A DNA stretch of 32,000 nucleotides from Geotalea uraniireducens Rf4. GTDB lineage: Bacteria; Desulfobacterota; Desulfuromonadia; Geobacterales; Geobacteraceae. The stretch spans positions 2,700,001 to 2,732,000 of the forward strand of contig NC_009483.1 of NCBI RefSeq assembly GCF_000016745.1. The letters run 5' to 3'. The notes under the pieces are model-generated. The model saw nothing but the letters and a program-made list of their open reading frames with translations, did no database searches and was not told the DNA's origin. Positions 1-8,996 of this stretch are shown here, in pieces; positions within the stretch are counted from its first letter, which is position 1, and each line of letters opens with the position of its first letter. The translations under genes and the position numbers were made by a program.

Positions 1-745
1 AGGTAACCGCCATGCATAGGTTTGCAAGGCTTAATAGCGCGGGTTTTGAGGATGCAAGCGTCTTGACTGACCGGTAATCCCCTCTGCCATGCCACCGTTC
101 TCTGGCAAAAAATCGCTTTACACTCTTGGGATATCCCGCATGCACCACTCTCAGGCCAGGATCGTTTTCGATCCGAGCTCCCATCGTCCTTGCCCGGGCG
201 CAAAATTCGCAGTCCTCGCCGGTCTCCAACTTGGGATCGAATCCTCCTACCGTCGAGAACAGGCTCCGATGGATGATCAGATGCCCGCCATTGATGTAAT
301 TGATCTGTGTGCGGGTTGTCCGGGGGGCGAACCAGATCCTCTCGATCCAGTTGCTTTCATCGCTGATCCCGTAGAGGGAGCCGGTGATGATATCCGGCTC
401 AAGATGCAACCTGGCGATGACCGCCCCTATCCGTTCACCCCAGCCCTGTCCCAGGTAAACGTCGGCGTCCAGAAAAATAAGGACACCCGCACCGGCCCGG
501 GACGCCCCCAGGTTCCTCAGGGACGAGATCGTGCAGCCGGGAGCACGGAGACAAATCGCCCCTTTCTCCACGGCAATCTCCACGGTACGGTCGCTGGAAC
601 CGTTGTCGACCACGATCACCTCAAAGCTGAAACCATGCCCGGCATGCTCCCTGACGGTATCCAGCACGCCGCCGATATGCGCCTCCTCGTTGAGCGTGGG
701 GAGAATGAAGGCAATATCCCTGGTCGCAAAATCTTGTAGAGTCAT
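1..745 (-). CDS. Glycosyltransferase family 2 (GT-A fold), 3' end cut by window edge
   Basis: The minus frame is open from ATG 745..743 to position 1. It is absent from the ORF track because it has no in-window stop. My translation starts MTLQDFATRDIAFILPTLNEEAHIGGVLDTVREHAGHGFSFEVIVVDNG..., a typical GT2 N-terminus. The ATG overlaps the TGA of the upstream gene (ATGA at 742-745). The + ORF 89..739 is its antisense shadow. Confidence 0.85.
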   Translation of the reverse strand, partial: MTLQDFATRDIAFILPTLNEEAHIGGVLDTVREHAGHGFSFEVIVVDNGSSDRTVEIAVEKGAICLRAPGCTISSLRNLGASRAGAGVLIFLDADVYLGQGWGERIGAVIARLHLEPDIITGSLYGISDESNWIERIWFAPRTTRTQINYINGGHLIIHRSLFSTVGGFDPKLETGEDCEFCARARTMGARIENDPGLRVVHAGYPKSVKRFFARERWHGRGDYRSVKTLASSKPALLSLANLCMAVT

Positions 746-1872
746 GATCGGTCCGTGTGTTCCGCAGGGCACATTACCGCCTGGATCGCCTCGACCACCC
801 GCGGCCAGGTAAACCGTTCCAGCACCCGCTCCCTGGCGCGATGGCCCATCGCCGTCCTGGCATCCGGCCGGCTGTAAAAGTCCACTATCAGCTCGGCTAT
901 CCGCTGGTGGTCCCCCGGCTCCACGATATAGCCGGTCTCGCCATCGGCGATGATCTCGGGCATCGCGTTAAGACTGGTGCCCACGCAGACCAGCCCCTGC
1001 GTCATCGCCTCGAGAAATACAAAACCGAACGAATCGCAGCGGGATGGAAGCAGGAACAGGTCGGCGCTGCGATAGAGTTTCAGCAACTCCTCCCGGTCCG
1101 TAACCGCACCGATATAGCGGATACCCTCCTGGTCCATGGCCGTGGAATGGTTCGGCCCCACGATCACCAGTTCGAGATCGGGCAGACGTTTGCGTGCCGA
1201 CGAAAAGGCCTTGAGGACATCCGGACCGCCTTTGAGATCGAAGGTGTAACCGACAAACAGACATCTGTTGGCAGGTGAATCGGGCAGGTTCAGGCGCATG
1301 TTCCTGATGAAGAAGTCATCGACCCCCATGCTGACGACCGTGATACGATCGGCCGGAATGCCGTAGTCTGCTATCAGGTGCCGGCGAACAAAATCCGAGG
1401 CCACGAAGATATGTTCCGCGCCGGCATACAGGCGCTGTTCGAGTTCGACGAATTCCTCCCGCTGGTCGTTCTCCGGGACCCATTTGGAATAACCATCCCG
1501 AAAGGCCAGTTTCATCGTATAGGTGAAAAACAGGAAGTATTCCATGCCGGCTGCATCGGGATGCGGCGCATACAGCCCCCCGATCTGGAGGATCTTGTCA
1601 TGCGGCCGGCGAACACGGTCAAGCAGAAGACCGTTGAGCCGGGTGTTCCGTTTCCAGCCGGCGACCGAATAGGTGCCCAGCATCGAGCGCCGATGCGACC
1701 ACCTTTTCCGATCGGGATGGAACGATTCGAGCAGGATGCGAATCTTCGGCAACAGGCACTTCTTCGCATCGATGATCATCATCCGGTGACCAAGATCCGC
1801 CAGGGCATCCCGCAGGTAGATCGGCAGGCCGGATGAAGAATCCTCCTGGCAAACCATGTGAATAGTGGCCAT
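742..1872 (-). CDS. Glycosyltransferase family 4 (GT-B, group 1)
   Basis: This is the C-terminal part of track ORF 742..2145. It carries the GT4 signature LLPSRCDSFGFVFLEAMTQGLVCVGTSLNAMPEIIADGETGYIV (E-x7-E). The first 91 codons of the track ORF overlap the ATP-grasp gene and look non-coding. I placed the start at ATG 1872, with GGAG 5 nt upstream. ATG 1917 is an alternative and makes an ATGA overlap with the upstream stop. Confidence 0.8.
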   Translation of the reverse strand: MATIHMVCQEDSSSGLPIYLRDALADLGHRMMIIDAKKCLLPKIRILLESFHPDRKRWSHRRSMLGTYSVAGWKRNTRLNGLLLDRVRRPHDKILQIGGLYAPHPDAAGMEYFLFFTYTMKLAFRDGYSKWVPENDQREEFVELEQRLYAGAEHIFVASDFVRRHLIADYGIPADRITVVSMGVDDFFIRNMRLNLPDSPANRCLFVGYTFDLKGGPDVLKAFSSARKRLPDLELVIVGPNHSTAMDQEGIRYIGAVTDREELLKLYRSADLFLLPSRCDSFGFVFLEAMTQGLVCVGTSLNAMPEIIADGETGYIVEPGDHQRIAELIVDFYSRPDARTAMGHRARERVLERFTWPRVVEAIQAVMCPAEHTDRS

Positions 1873-1913
1873 ATGCACTCCGTTCCCTGGCGGGTGTTTG
1901 AGACCGCCAGCGG

Positions 1914-3128
1914 TCATTTCCTGGGTGACAACCCCAGCAACGCTCCGACATATGCCCGGGCTTCCGCGGCAAACGGGTTCGGGTCTTGCGGATCGTATAC
2001 GTCCAGCGTGGTACCTGTGCTCCTCCCTCTCAAAAGTTCCCTCGCCACCTGCACAATGGTGGGAGACTCCGGCGGAAGCATGGCTTTCATGCGCCTGCCG
2101 GACTTCAGGCGGATGATCAGGTGATCCAGCAGGCCGAACGTCCACTTCAGGCGATGCCCGACCCGGTAGTCACAGCAGAGCGACGACGGCTTGATATCCA
2201 GGTAGTAATCCAGGCACAGGGCCGGAAAGTCGACCCCCGCGGATACGGCCAGTTGCAACGATCCCCAGAACCTGCCGTTGATTTCCATCAGTTTTGCCGT
2301 ACCATCCCTGATATCCCGTTTGAACTCCACCATGGCAATACCCGGCCATGCGACCCCTGCAAGCAGTTTGCGTGCTGCCTCAACCATGCCGTCATCCAGG
2401 GGGACGCTCTCGGACAGCACGCTGACCCCGCCGGATGGTGGTTTTTCCAACAGGCGCCGATGCGAGAAGAGCGCCAAGTGACGGTCACCATCAAAGAGTG
2501 TGAACAGTCCGGTCCCCTCCCCCACGATCAATTCCTGAATCAGGGACGGATACCGGAGCACAGCCCTGGTGTCGTACAGGCGACACAACTCGTCCTGATC
2601 GTTGGCGTACATCACGCCGGACGAGATAATCCTTTCCCCTTCCACAATTTTTGAAAAGGCCGGTTTCACGACTACCGGAAAATCGGCGATGCGTTGTCGC
2701 TGTCTAAAAAAATCTTCCATGCCCGCCACGTACACGGTCTCCGGCATGGCAATACCCAATCTGCACGCCGACTGAAACAACGTGTACTTGTTCGATACCG
2801 CTTCCATTTTTTCAGGGGGTGCGCAGGCCAGAATGACCGAGCTGCCCAGACGGTTCCTTGCCCTGTTTAGAGCATAGACCGATTGCTCGGTCACTGGAAA
2901 GATCAGGTCAATATTTTCCGCCAGTGCGATTTCTGCAATCGCCGCGGAGTAGCCTGTGCCGTTTGCCAGCGGGTCCGGCAGCAGGAACGCTTTCCGGCAA
3001 AACGACGAACAGGCCGAGATATTGTTCATTTCCCTGCCGCAAACAAAAACCGTATGACCCTTTCTGCCGAGGGAGCGGGTCACGGCCAGCGCCGATCTGG
3101 TTTCACCGTCTGTAACGAGAATATTCAT
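1914..3128 (-). CDS. ATP-grasp domain enzyme (carboxylate-amine ligase type)
   Basis: 404-aa ORF. N-terminal pre-ATP-grasp region MNILVTDGETRSALAVTRSLGRKGHTV. Central region FPVVVKPAFSK...IQELIVGEGTGLFTLFDGDRHLALFSHRRLLEKPPSGG...GIAMVEFKRD...LMEINGRFWGS, typical of ATP-grasp ligases. Confidence 0.8.
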   Translation of the reverse strand: MNILVTDGETRSALAVTRSLGRKGHTVFVCGREMNNISACSSFCRKAFLLPDPLANGTGYSAAIAEIALAENIDLIFPVTEQSVYALNRARNRLGSSVILACAPPEKMEAVSNKYTLFQSACRLGIAMPETVYVAGMEDFFRQRQRIADFPVVVKPAFSKIVEGERIISSGVMYANDQDELCRLYDTRAVLRYPSLIQELIVGEGTGLFTLFDGDRHLALFSHRRLLEKPPSGGVSVLSESVPLDDGMVEAARKLLAGVAWPGIAMVEFKRDIRDGTAKLMEINGRFWGSLQLAVSAGVDFPALCLDYYLDIKPSSLCCDYRVGHRLKWTFGLLDHLIIRLKSGRRMKAMLPPESPTIVQVARELLRGRSTGTTLDVYDPQDPNPFAAEARAYVGALLGLSPRK

Positions 3129-3139
3129 GGGCAGCCTTT

Positions 3140-4159
3140 TCAGAATGCCTGCAGCAGAATCTTGGATCTGAGCATCGGGATGGTAGTGCTGATGTCCTCA
3201 TGCAGTGCGATCCTGGGTATTTCCAGAAAAGACACGCCACGCCTCAGAAAGCCCTTGCGTGTCGTCACAGCCGCATCGAATCCGCCCTCCTCAACTATCC
3301 GTCGAACGGCTTCGCTGTGATTACCGTTGGGATAAGCAAATGTAGTTACTTTTTGTTCCAGACGGCGTTCGATCTCGGAGCGGGAAAGGGAGATCTCGTC
3401 GCGGGCCCTGTGCAGCGGCAACTGGTCCAGAAGCTCATGGTTAACGGTGTGAGCGCCGAACCGCACCAACCCGCTGTGGACCATTTCCCGCGCCTCCTCC
3501 CAGCTCAGCATCTGCCGGGGAACCGGTTCCGCGCCCAACATGCTTCGAAGGTAGTTAAGGATTCCCTCCCGGTCAGAGGGGGCAAACGCCTTCAGCGTTT
3601 CAATCGACCGGTCCAAGAACCATTCCCGCCCATGACATTTGAACCTGCCTATCATGCCGGTAAAGCGGCTCCATGAGGGGGGTGCACCGATACCTGCAAA
3701 AGTGCCGAGATCGATTCGCTCAAGGTAATGACAGAGTTCCTCGGGCCAGAATGTCCTTGGAGTACCCACAAACCCGGTTGACAGAAAGATGGTGGCAGGC
3801 ACGCGGTATCTTTCAAGCACCGGAAATGCCTCCGTGTAATTATCACGCCACCCGTCATCAAACGTGAGCGCGCAGTGTCTGCCGATATGTGCACCCTTCA
3901 GCGCCCTTTTGACCAGGTCATCCAGGAACACGACCTCGAAATGATCCCTTACATATGCCACCTGTTGCTCAAAGGTCACCGTGGTCACGAACATGCCTGG
4001 TTGTACGTAATACGCCTGGTTTTCGGCAGAGGGCAGGATTCGATGGTACATCAACACAAACGCCCGGTCGGACAGGCATACGCGTTCAAGCAGGGAATGG
4101 ATCCCACTGGAGGACAACAGCGCAGACACCATCCGTCTGAATTTGATCTTTCGGGTCAT
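3140..4159 (-). CDS. Polysaccharide deacetylase (NodB homology / CE4)
   Basis: 339-aa ORF with the NodB motif HCALTFDDGWRDNYTEAFPVLERYRVPATIFLSTG and later FGAHTVNHELL (His motif). Confidence 0.85.
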   Translation of the reverse strand: MTRKIKFRRMVSALLSSSGIHSLLERVCLSDRAFVLMYHRILPSAENQAYYVQPGMFVTTVTFEQQVAYVRDHFEVVFLDDLVKRALKGAHIGRHCALTFDDGWRDNYTEAFPVLERYRVPATIFLSTGFVGTPRTFWPEELCHYLERIDLGTFAGIGAPPSWSRFTGMIGRFKCHGREWFLDRSIETLKAFAPSDREGILNYLRSMLGAEPVPRQMLSWEEAREMVHSGLVRFGAHTVNHELLDQLPLHRARDEISLSRSEIERRLEQKVTTFAYPNGNHSEAVRRIVEEGGFDAAVTTRKGFLRRGVSFLEIPRIALHEDISTTIPMLRSKILLQAF

Positions 4160-4221
4160 GGCGTGGGACCAATGCAGATGTATTTTCGCTTATATCCACG
4201 GCAGTTGATCATGCACCCCCC

Positions 4222-4779
4222 TCATCGGATCAGCATCTTGATGGCGGAGATCGATCGTTGTATCTGCGCGAAACATTTCTCGAACGCACGTTCGTTGTTA
4301 CCAAAGGGGTCGTCGATATTACACAACAGGTTTTCCGGAAAAGGTGCAAATTCCCTCAGCAGCTTAATCTGTCGCCCCTTATGGGGGAAGGATTCGATCA
4401 GCTTGCGATATTGCCGGTACTCCATTGCCAGAATCAAGTCGGCACCCTCCAGATCGCAACGCTCGATCCCCCTGGACAAGTGATGCCCGAGGTCCAAGCC
4501 GATTTTACCGGCAGCACATACAGCTTCGCAGGGGGAAGGAGACCTCACCTCGACGTCGATGCCACAGGATTCTATGACCGGGAAGGAGCCATCTGCCTCA
4601 GCTTTCAGTAATTTTTCCGCAAACGCGCTTCTGCATATGTTGCCCCCGCAGACAAAGACTATTTTCCCGGGATTTCTGATGATGCTTCGTTTTTTCACAA
4701 TCCGATAGACGATCGACTCGATGATGTTTCTACACCATAATTGTACCTTTTTTTTTATAGCTCTCATTTTTTTGAACAT
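4222..4779 (-). CDS. Low-molecular-weight protein-tyrosine phosphatase (Wzb-like)
   Basis: 185-aa ORF. P-loop IVFVCGGNICRSAFAE (C-x5-R-S) and a downstream DDPFG general-acid motif. Confidence 0.9.
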   Translation of the reverse strand: MFKKMRAIKKKVQLWCRNIIESIVYRIVKKRSIIRNPGKIVFVCGGNICRSAFAEKLLKAEADGSFPVIESCGIDVEVRSPSPCEAVCAAGKIGLDLGHHLSRGIERCDLEGADLILAMEYRQYRKLIESFPHKGRQIKLLREFAPFPENLLCNIDDPFGNNERAFEKCFAQIQRSISAIKMLIR

Positions 4780-4825
4780 TAATGCTCCCTGGCAGTGCTG
4801 TTCAAGACATGCGGGTACGGGCGGG

Positions 4826-6103
4826 TCAACCAGCAGTCAGGTCCTGCCCACCCGGAATTCGCGAAGAGATCAGGAACAGCGTGACTAAAAGAGCCGAGAT
4901 ATTCCAAAAGGGCGGGTAGTACAGCACGGACAGAAATATGCCGGTGATCAGAAACCCGAACAGACTCACCAGCAGAGCACGATTGAGGTTTTCGATGCCG
5001 GCCGCCTCCTCCCTGATGGTTATACGGGTACAGTTTTCGTTGATTTTCTTTATTTTGGCATACAAGTCCTTCAGCATCAGCACGAAGATGATCGCACCGA
5101 TCAGCCCCAGTTCAGGCAACAGGGTAAAATAGACCGAGTGGGTCATCCTGCCCCACATGTCTCGTTTCCAGAAGCTCTCCCCCCACTTGTCGTGGCGGTA
5201 CTTGTTCATCACGACCGGCATGTTTCCCTGGCCAACACCCAGGACCGGATTGTCGACGAAGGCCTTCCAGCCGACCTTCCACAACTCGACGCGATCTTTA
5301 CCGGTGTCCTTTTCGGCACTGTTCAGGCCAAGTCCCCGGATCTTTTCCTTGCTGAGCGGAGTTGCAAAGCTCCAAGCCAGAATCGCCAGCACCACCATGA
5401 CCGGAATCGCCCTGAGACGATGCTTCGACGACAACCAGCAGACGGTTCCCACCGCCACGAGGCCGACAAAGCCGCCGCGGGACGCGGTGACCATATTGCC
5501 GAGCACGAAAGTGATCGCAGCCATCCAGAAAAGCCACCTTTTCCAGCCTTTGTGTGCGCGGCCGAGAAAGAAAGCGATCGGTAGTGCCACGTTCATCGCC
5601 AGGGCAAAGTCGTTCTCGTCCCTGAACACCCCCCCGCCCGAGATATCGAGAAAATTGGCGCCGGAAATGCGATTGATTGCACAGAGCGCCACCACAAAGG
5701 TAAAAACGGAGAAAAAGACATTCAGCTTGTTGATGCTGTCGAGAAAGACGCAGCAAGACACTCCGATAATCAGATAGGAAAACATCACTTTCAGACACAG
5801 GAAGGCATAGTAATTGTTGGTGGCGATAAAGACGTGCATCGTCATGAAGAGAAGCAGCAACAGATACAGCCTGAAGTATTTCTCCTTCAGAGTCTGGCAG
5901 ATTCTGGTTCGGCAAGGCAGCAGACAGAGGATCAGCAAGCCCTGCACGAGCAACCCCGGCTTGATCGGCACCAGGAACAGCGGCCGGCCGTACTCAATCA
6001 GCAGATAAAAGGCCAGCAACAATACCGGCAGGGTCATGCCCTTTTCCCTTACACGATCAGCCGGCACACATGCGTCTGCATTCCGCAGAATATCGGATTC
6101 CAT
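4826..6103 (-). CDS. O-antigen ligase / Wzy-like polytopic membrane protein (exosortase-locus type)
   Basis: 425-aa ORF with about 10 or more hydrophobic helices. It has the Wzy_C-like segment TASRGGFVGLVAVGTV and a large loop before the last helices. The N-terminus LLAFYLLIEYGRP resembles the exosortase-associated O-glycosylation-ligase family (TIGR03097, from memory). ATG 6037 is an alternative start. Confidence 0.75.
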   Translation of the reverse strand: MESDILRNADACVPADRVREKGMTLPVLLLAFYLLIEYGRPLFLVPIKPGLLVQGLLILCLLPCRTRICQTLKEKYFRLYLLLLLFMTMHVFIATNNYYAFLCLKVMFSYLIIGVSCCVFLDSINKLNVFFSVFTFVVALCAINRISGANFLDISGGGVFRDENDFALAMNVALPIAFFLGRAHKGWKRWLFWMAAITFVLGNMVTASRGGFVGLVAVGTVCWLSSKHRLRAIPVMVVLAILAWSFATPLSKEKIRGLGLNSAEKDTGKDRVELWKVGWKAFVDNPVLGVGQGNMPVVMNKYRHDKWGESFWKRDMWGRMTHSVYFTLLPELGLIGAIIFVLMLKDLYAKIKKINENCTRITIREEAAGIENLNRALLVSLFGFLITGIFLSVLYYPPFWNISALLVTLFLISSRIPGGQDLTAG

Positions 6104-6129
6104 AGGTCACGCGCCTCATATTCCGGTTT

Positions 6130-7251
6130 CTACCGGCCTTTCTGTCGCTTGTCTGCCAGAATCTGCTCATAAAGGCCGATATACCTCCCGGCCATCTGTC
6201 CGATCGAGAAGGTTTCCTTAACATGGTCCCGGGCCGACGCGCCCTTTTCGTGAAAGGGCGGGGGATGGCGGACGTATGCCAGCAGAGCGGCATGCAGCGC
6301 ATCACAGGAGCCGGGGGCGACCAATGTTCCATATCGTTCCCGCTCGAAGAGCTCGGGGATGCCGCCAACTGCAGAAGCGATCACCGGTATTCCCAGAGAC
6401 ATGGCCTCCAGAACGGCCAAGGGGTGTCCTTCGGAGAGGCTGGGTTGCACGTACAGGTCAAACGCATTCAACACATTTTCAATGTCATTGCGAAAACCTG
6501 TGAAAAGGACCCGATCCCGGGGTATGTTCAAGGCTCTCACCAGTTGTCGAAGATTGTTTTCTTCTCCGCCACGTCCAACAAGAACAAGAAAGGCTTGAGG
6601 GAAAGAGGAGTAAATCTCGGCAAAAGTTCTGATCAGATATTTCTGCCCTTTCACCGGATAGAGATTTCCCACATTGCCGATCAGAACGGCGTCGTCGGGA
6701 ATATTGAATTCCGCTCGAAAGGATGAGCAGGTTTTTTCCAAGAAGTGGATGCCGTTGTAAATGGTTTTCAACTTACTCTTGTTCAGACAGACCCTCGCGG
6801 CGCTTTCCCGGACGGCTTCAGAAACACAAATGACTAATCCGCTACAGAGTGAAATCATCCCATACTTGATTTTCGAGACGGCCGTTTGCTTTAGTGACAC
6901 ATCCCCATGCTCGGTGCAGATATGGGGCACGGAGCTGATCCGACAGGCGAGTGCGGAATAGAAGTTTGAATCCAACAAATGGGAATGAACGATATCCGGC
7001 CGGACCTTGTTGATGACGACGGTGATGTTCTTAAGCAACCGCCCGGGGCTACCGGTTTTGTCGAAAGTTACATAGGGAACAGCCAACTCCTCCAGAGCAG
7101 GAGCCAACCAATTCTCCATTCGCGGATCACTCACACCAGGAATGGCTGCAATCACCTCCACGCCCTCCCGCTTCAAACCCCATGCGAGCCAACGAAATGC
7201 GTTCTCGGCTCCACCGTGACCAAGGGTGTGTATGATCTTCAGAACTTTCAT
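6130..7251 (-). CDS. Glycosyltransferase family 4
   Basis: 373-aa ORF. N-terminus MKVLKIIHTLGHGGAENAF. C-terminal region VQPSLSEGHPLAVLEAMSLGIPVIASAVGGIPELF (E-x7-E). Confidence 0.9.
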   Translation of the reverse strand: MKVLKIIHTLGHGGAENAFRWLAWGLKREGVEVIAAIPGVSDPRMENWLAPALEELAVPYVTFDKTGSPGRLLKNITVVINKVRPDIVHSHLLDSNFYSALACRISSVPHICTEHGDVSLKQTAVSKIKYGMISLCSGLVICVSEAVRESAARVCLNKSKLKTIYNGIHFLEKTCSSFRAEFNIPDDAVLIGNVGNLYPVKGQKYLIRTFAEIYSSFPQAFLVLVGRGGEENNLRQLVRALNIPRDRVLFTGFRNDIENVLNAFDLYVQPSLSEGHPLAVLEAMSLGIPVIASAVGGIPELFERERYGTLVAPGSCDALHAALLAYVRHPPPFHEKGASARDHVKETFSIGQMAGRYIGLYEQILADKRQKGR

Positions 7252-7255
7252 TGCG

Positions 7256-8188
7256 TCAAATACCTCGATGCAGTCGCATACGCCTTTTTGTCTCTTTAAT
7301 CGTTTCTATGGTCCCTGAAGGTAAATATGTGGAGGTTAAATACAATAAGGATTTGAATTTAAAGGGATAATACAAGTAACTCTTGATAAATTTGCTTCTA
7401 GCATCCTTATATTTATTTTGAGAAAAATCATGATAAGCTTCATCAAAGAACAGATCAGCATATTTTCTTCTAATTACCGACTTGCCAAGACATTTATATA
7501 TATCCGGATATTTGTTTTGTATTATTTCGATATGCTTCCTCACGCCCAGCGATATATTGACACTGGTTCTGCTCAAGCTCCCCTCAGTCATATGATATAA
7601 AACCAGTGGCTCATTGAGAAGTTTTACACCATATCTCATGCCGATTCTCATCCACATATTGTCATCTTCGGCAACTACCAGTCCTTCCTCGAAAAACCCC
7701 ACGGCATCGAAAACGCTTCTTCGAACCATCACAGTGGAAGTGACGATATAACTATTTAAAAAGATGTTTCTGACAATATTGCCGCGCATTAAGCGTTCTC
7801 GCTTATTCACCCTATGCTTTGATATGCCGTGTTCATCGAAGAAATAATTTTCCGTAAAAACCAAACCCAACTCATTACAATTGTGAAATAAAACAGCCTG
7901 TTTTTCGAGTTTATCAGGCAGCCACCTGTCATCAGCATCAAGAAAAGCAATTAAATCTCCTTGCGCCTTTGATATTCCATAATTTCTTGCAGATGCAACA
8001 CCTTTGTTTTCCACATAAAAATATCGTACTGTAGGATAGCGGTCTTCAATTATTCTTTTTGTATCGTCAGTTGATCCATCGTCTATTATTACTATTTCAT
8101 AGTCTGTATATGTTTGGCAAAGCACGCTGTCAATTGCTTCACAAATATATTTATCAGAATTATATGTAGGTATTATAACACTTATCAC
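7256..8188 (-). CDS. Glycosyltransferase family 2
   Basis: 310-aa ORF. ISVIIPTYNSDKYICEAIDSVLCQTYTDYEIVIIDDGSTDDT followed by FLDADD. The start is GTG at 8188, with AAGGTGAT upstream. The gene is very AT-rich compared with its neighbours. Confidence 0.9.
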   Translation of the reverse strand: MISVIIPTYNSDKYICEAIDSVLCQTYTDYEIVIIDDGSTDDTKRIIEDRYPTVRYFYVENKGVASARNYGISKAQGDLIAFLDADDRWLPDKLEKQAVLFHNCNELGLVFTENYFFDEHGISKHRVNKRERLMRGNIVRNIFLNSYIVTSTVMVRRSVFDAVGFFEEGLVVAEDDNMWMRIGMRYGVKLLNEPLVLYHMTEGSLSRTSVNISLGVRKHIEIIQNKYPDIYKCLGKSVIRRKYADLFFDEAYHDFSQNKYKDARSKFIKSYLYYPFKFKSLLYLTSTYLPSGTIETIKETKRRMRLHRGI

Positions 8189-8212
8189 TTGATCATCACC
8201 TTTGTATCATTA

Positions 8213-8328
8213 TATTACTCCGGCAATTAAACATCACAATCCTGATGTAGGGGCACGGCGCGCCGTGCCCCGATTGGGCGAGGCAAGCCTAGCCCCTACC
8301 GTTCATATGTTTAATTACCGGAGTAATA
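8213..8328. repeat. Nested palindromic REP/MITE-like element, copy A
   Basis: The terminal arms tattactccggcaattaaacat (8213-8234) and atgtttaattaccggagtaata (8307-8328) are reverse complements (21 of 22). Inside is a perfect 22-bp palindrome ggggcacggcgcgccgtgcccc and a second hairpin gggcgaggcaagcctagccc, bracketed by gtaggggc...gcccctac. It fills the EpsI-GT2 spacer. The right half is about 86 percent identical to 19378-19433. Confidence 0.7.
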
Positions 8329-8342
8329 ACAGATCGATCCGG

Positions 8343-8996
8343 CTATTTCTCAACCGGCCAATATTCGGGAAGAAGTTGAAGAACCAGTCCGGCAAAATTC
8401 CGAACCTTTGTCCCGGCATTCGCTACCTGGTCGTCGGAAACCCGGGTCGAAACCTGAACAAAAGCGCCATCATTCCGATTATGGAGCAAACGCCCCCAAA
8501 ACCTTTCGATATTCTGTTGGATACCAGTCGACATCACCGTTGTACCCGCAGTCTGATACCAGTGAACCATGACGGTATTGACTCCGTCCCTTCGGGCCTG
8601 AACGTAATTGACTTCTACATCCGAAGATTGCGAGGGTTGCCGGATTCTGACTTTTCCGGAATCGACTATCGCCCATCCGGCGCCGGGCAGACAGGCATAG
8701 GGATTGTGGCCGGTCCGCCCCCCTTTGGCCGTGCCGTAATACCCGACATAGAGGTCGAGCTGACTGCCGTCTCCGGACCGGTAATGCCGGTAAACATGCT
8801 CGTCGGCGTTGAGCTCGCGATACACTGATTCAGGAAAGGTGTCATCCATAGCAGCATAACCGGAGATTTCCTTAGGCAGATATTCGAGATTTGTCCGAAC
8901 GACAACCGGTTTGGGACGTATGGCGAATAAAGCCACTATCGTCACGGTCACCAACATCCCCACGACCGATATGATGAACGTCTTAGCGGATATCAT
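8343..8996 (-). CDS. epsI: EpsI family exosortase-associated protein
   Basis: Track ORF 8343..9050. I placed the start at ATG 8996 (MISAKTFIISVVGMLV, a single N-terminal TM helix; AGGA upstream). It overlaps the exosortase stop by 14 nt. The body (LDLYVGYYGTAKGGRTGHNPYACLPGAGWAIV...VHWYQTAG) matches the EpsI family as I remember it (TIGR02914). Confidence 0.8.
   Translation of the reverse strand: MISAKTFIISVVGMLVTVTIVALFAIRPKPVVVRTNLEYLPKEISGYAAMDDTFPESVYRELNADEHVYRHYRSGDGSQLDLYVGYYGTAKGGRTGHNPYACLPGAGWAIVDSGKVRIRQPSQSSDVEVNYVQARRDGVNTVMVHWYQTAGTTVMSTGIQQNIERFWGRLLHNRNDGAFVQVSTRVSDDQVANAGTKVRNFAGLVLQLLPEYWPVEK

Noticed and set aside
89-739. 216-aa plus-strand ORF.
   Set aside because: It lies exactly antisense to a minus-strand frame with an unmistakable GT2 N-terminus (IAFILPTLNEE...VVDNG). 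It has no recognisable motifs of its own. It is a typical shadow ORF in GC-rich DNA.
1873-2145. N-terminal 91 codons of the 467-aa track ORF 742..2145.
   Set aside because: This stretch overlaps the 3' end of the ATP-grasp gene in another frame. It is Arg/Gly/Pro-rich nonsense (MDVRPAGSPDHPPEVRQ...). Internal ATGs at 1917 and 1872 give a normal-length GT4.
8202-8828. 208-aa plus-strand ORF.
   Set aside because: It starts inside palindromic repeat copy A (the ...VGARRAVPRLGEASLAPT... segment is repeat-encoded). It then runs antisense to the well-supported EpsI gene.
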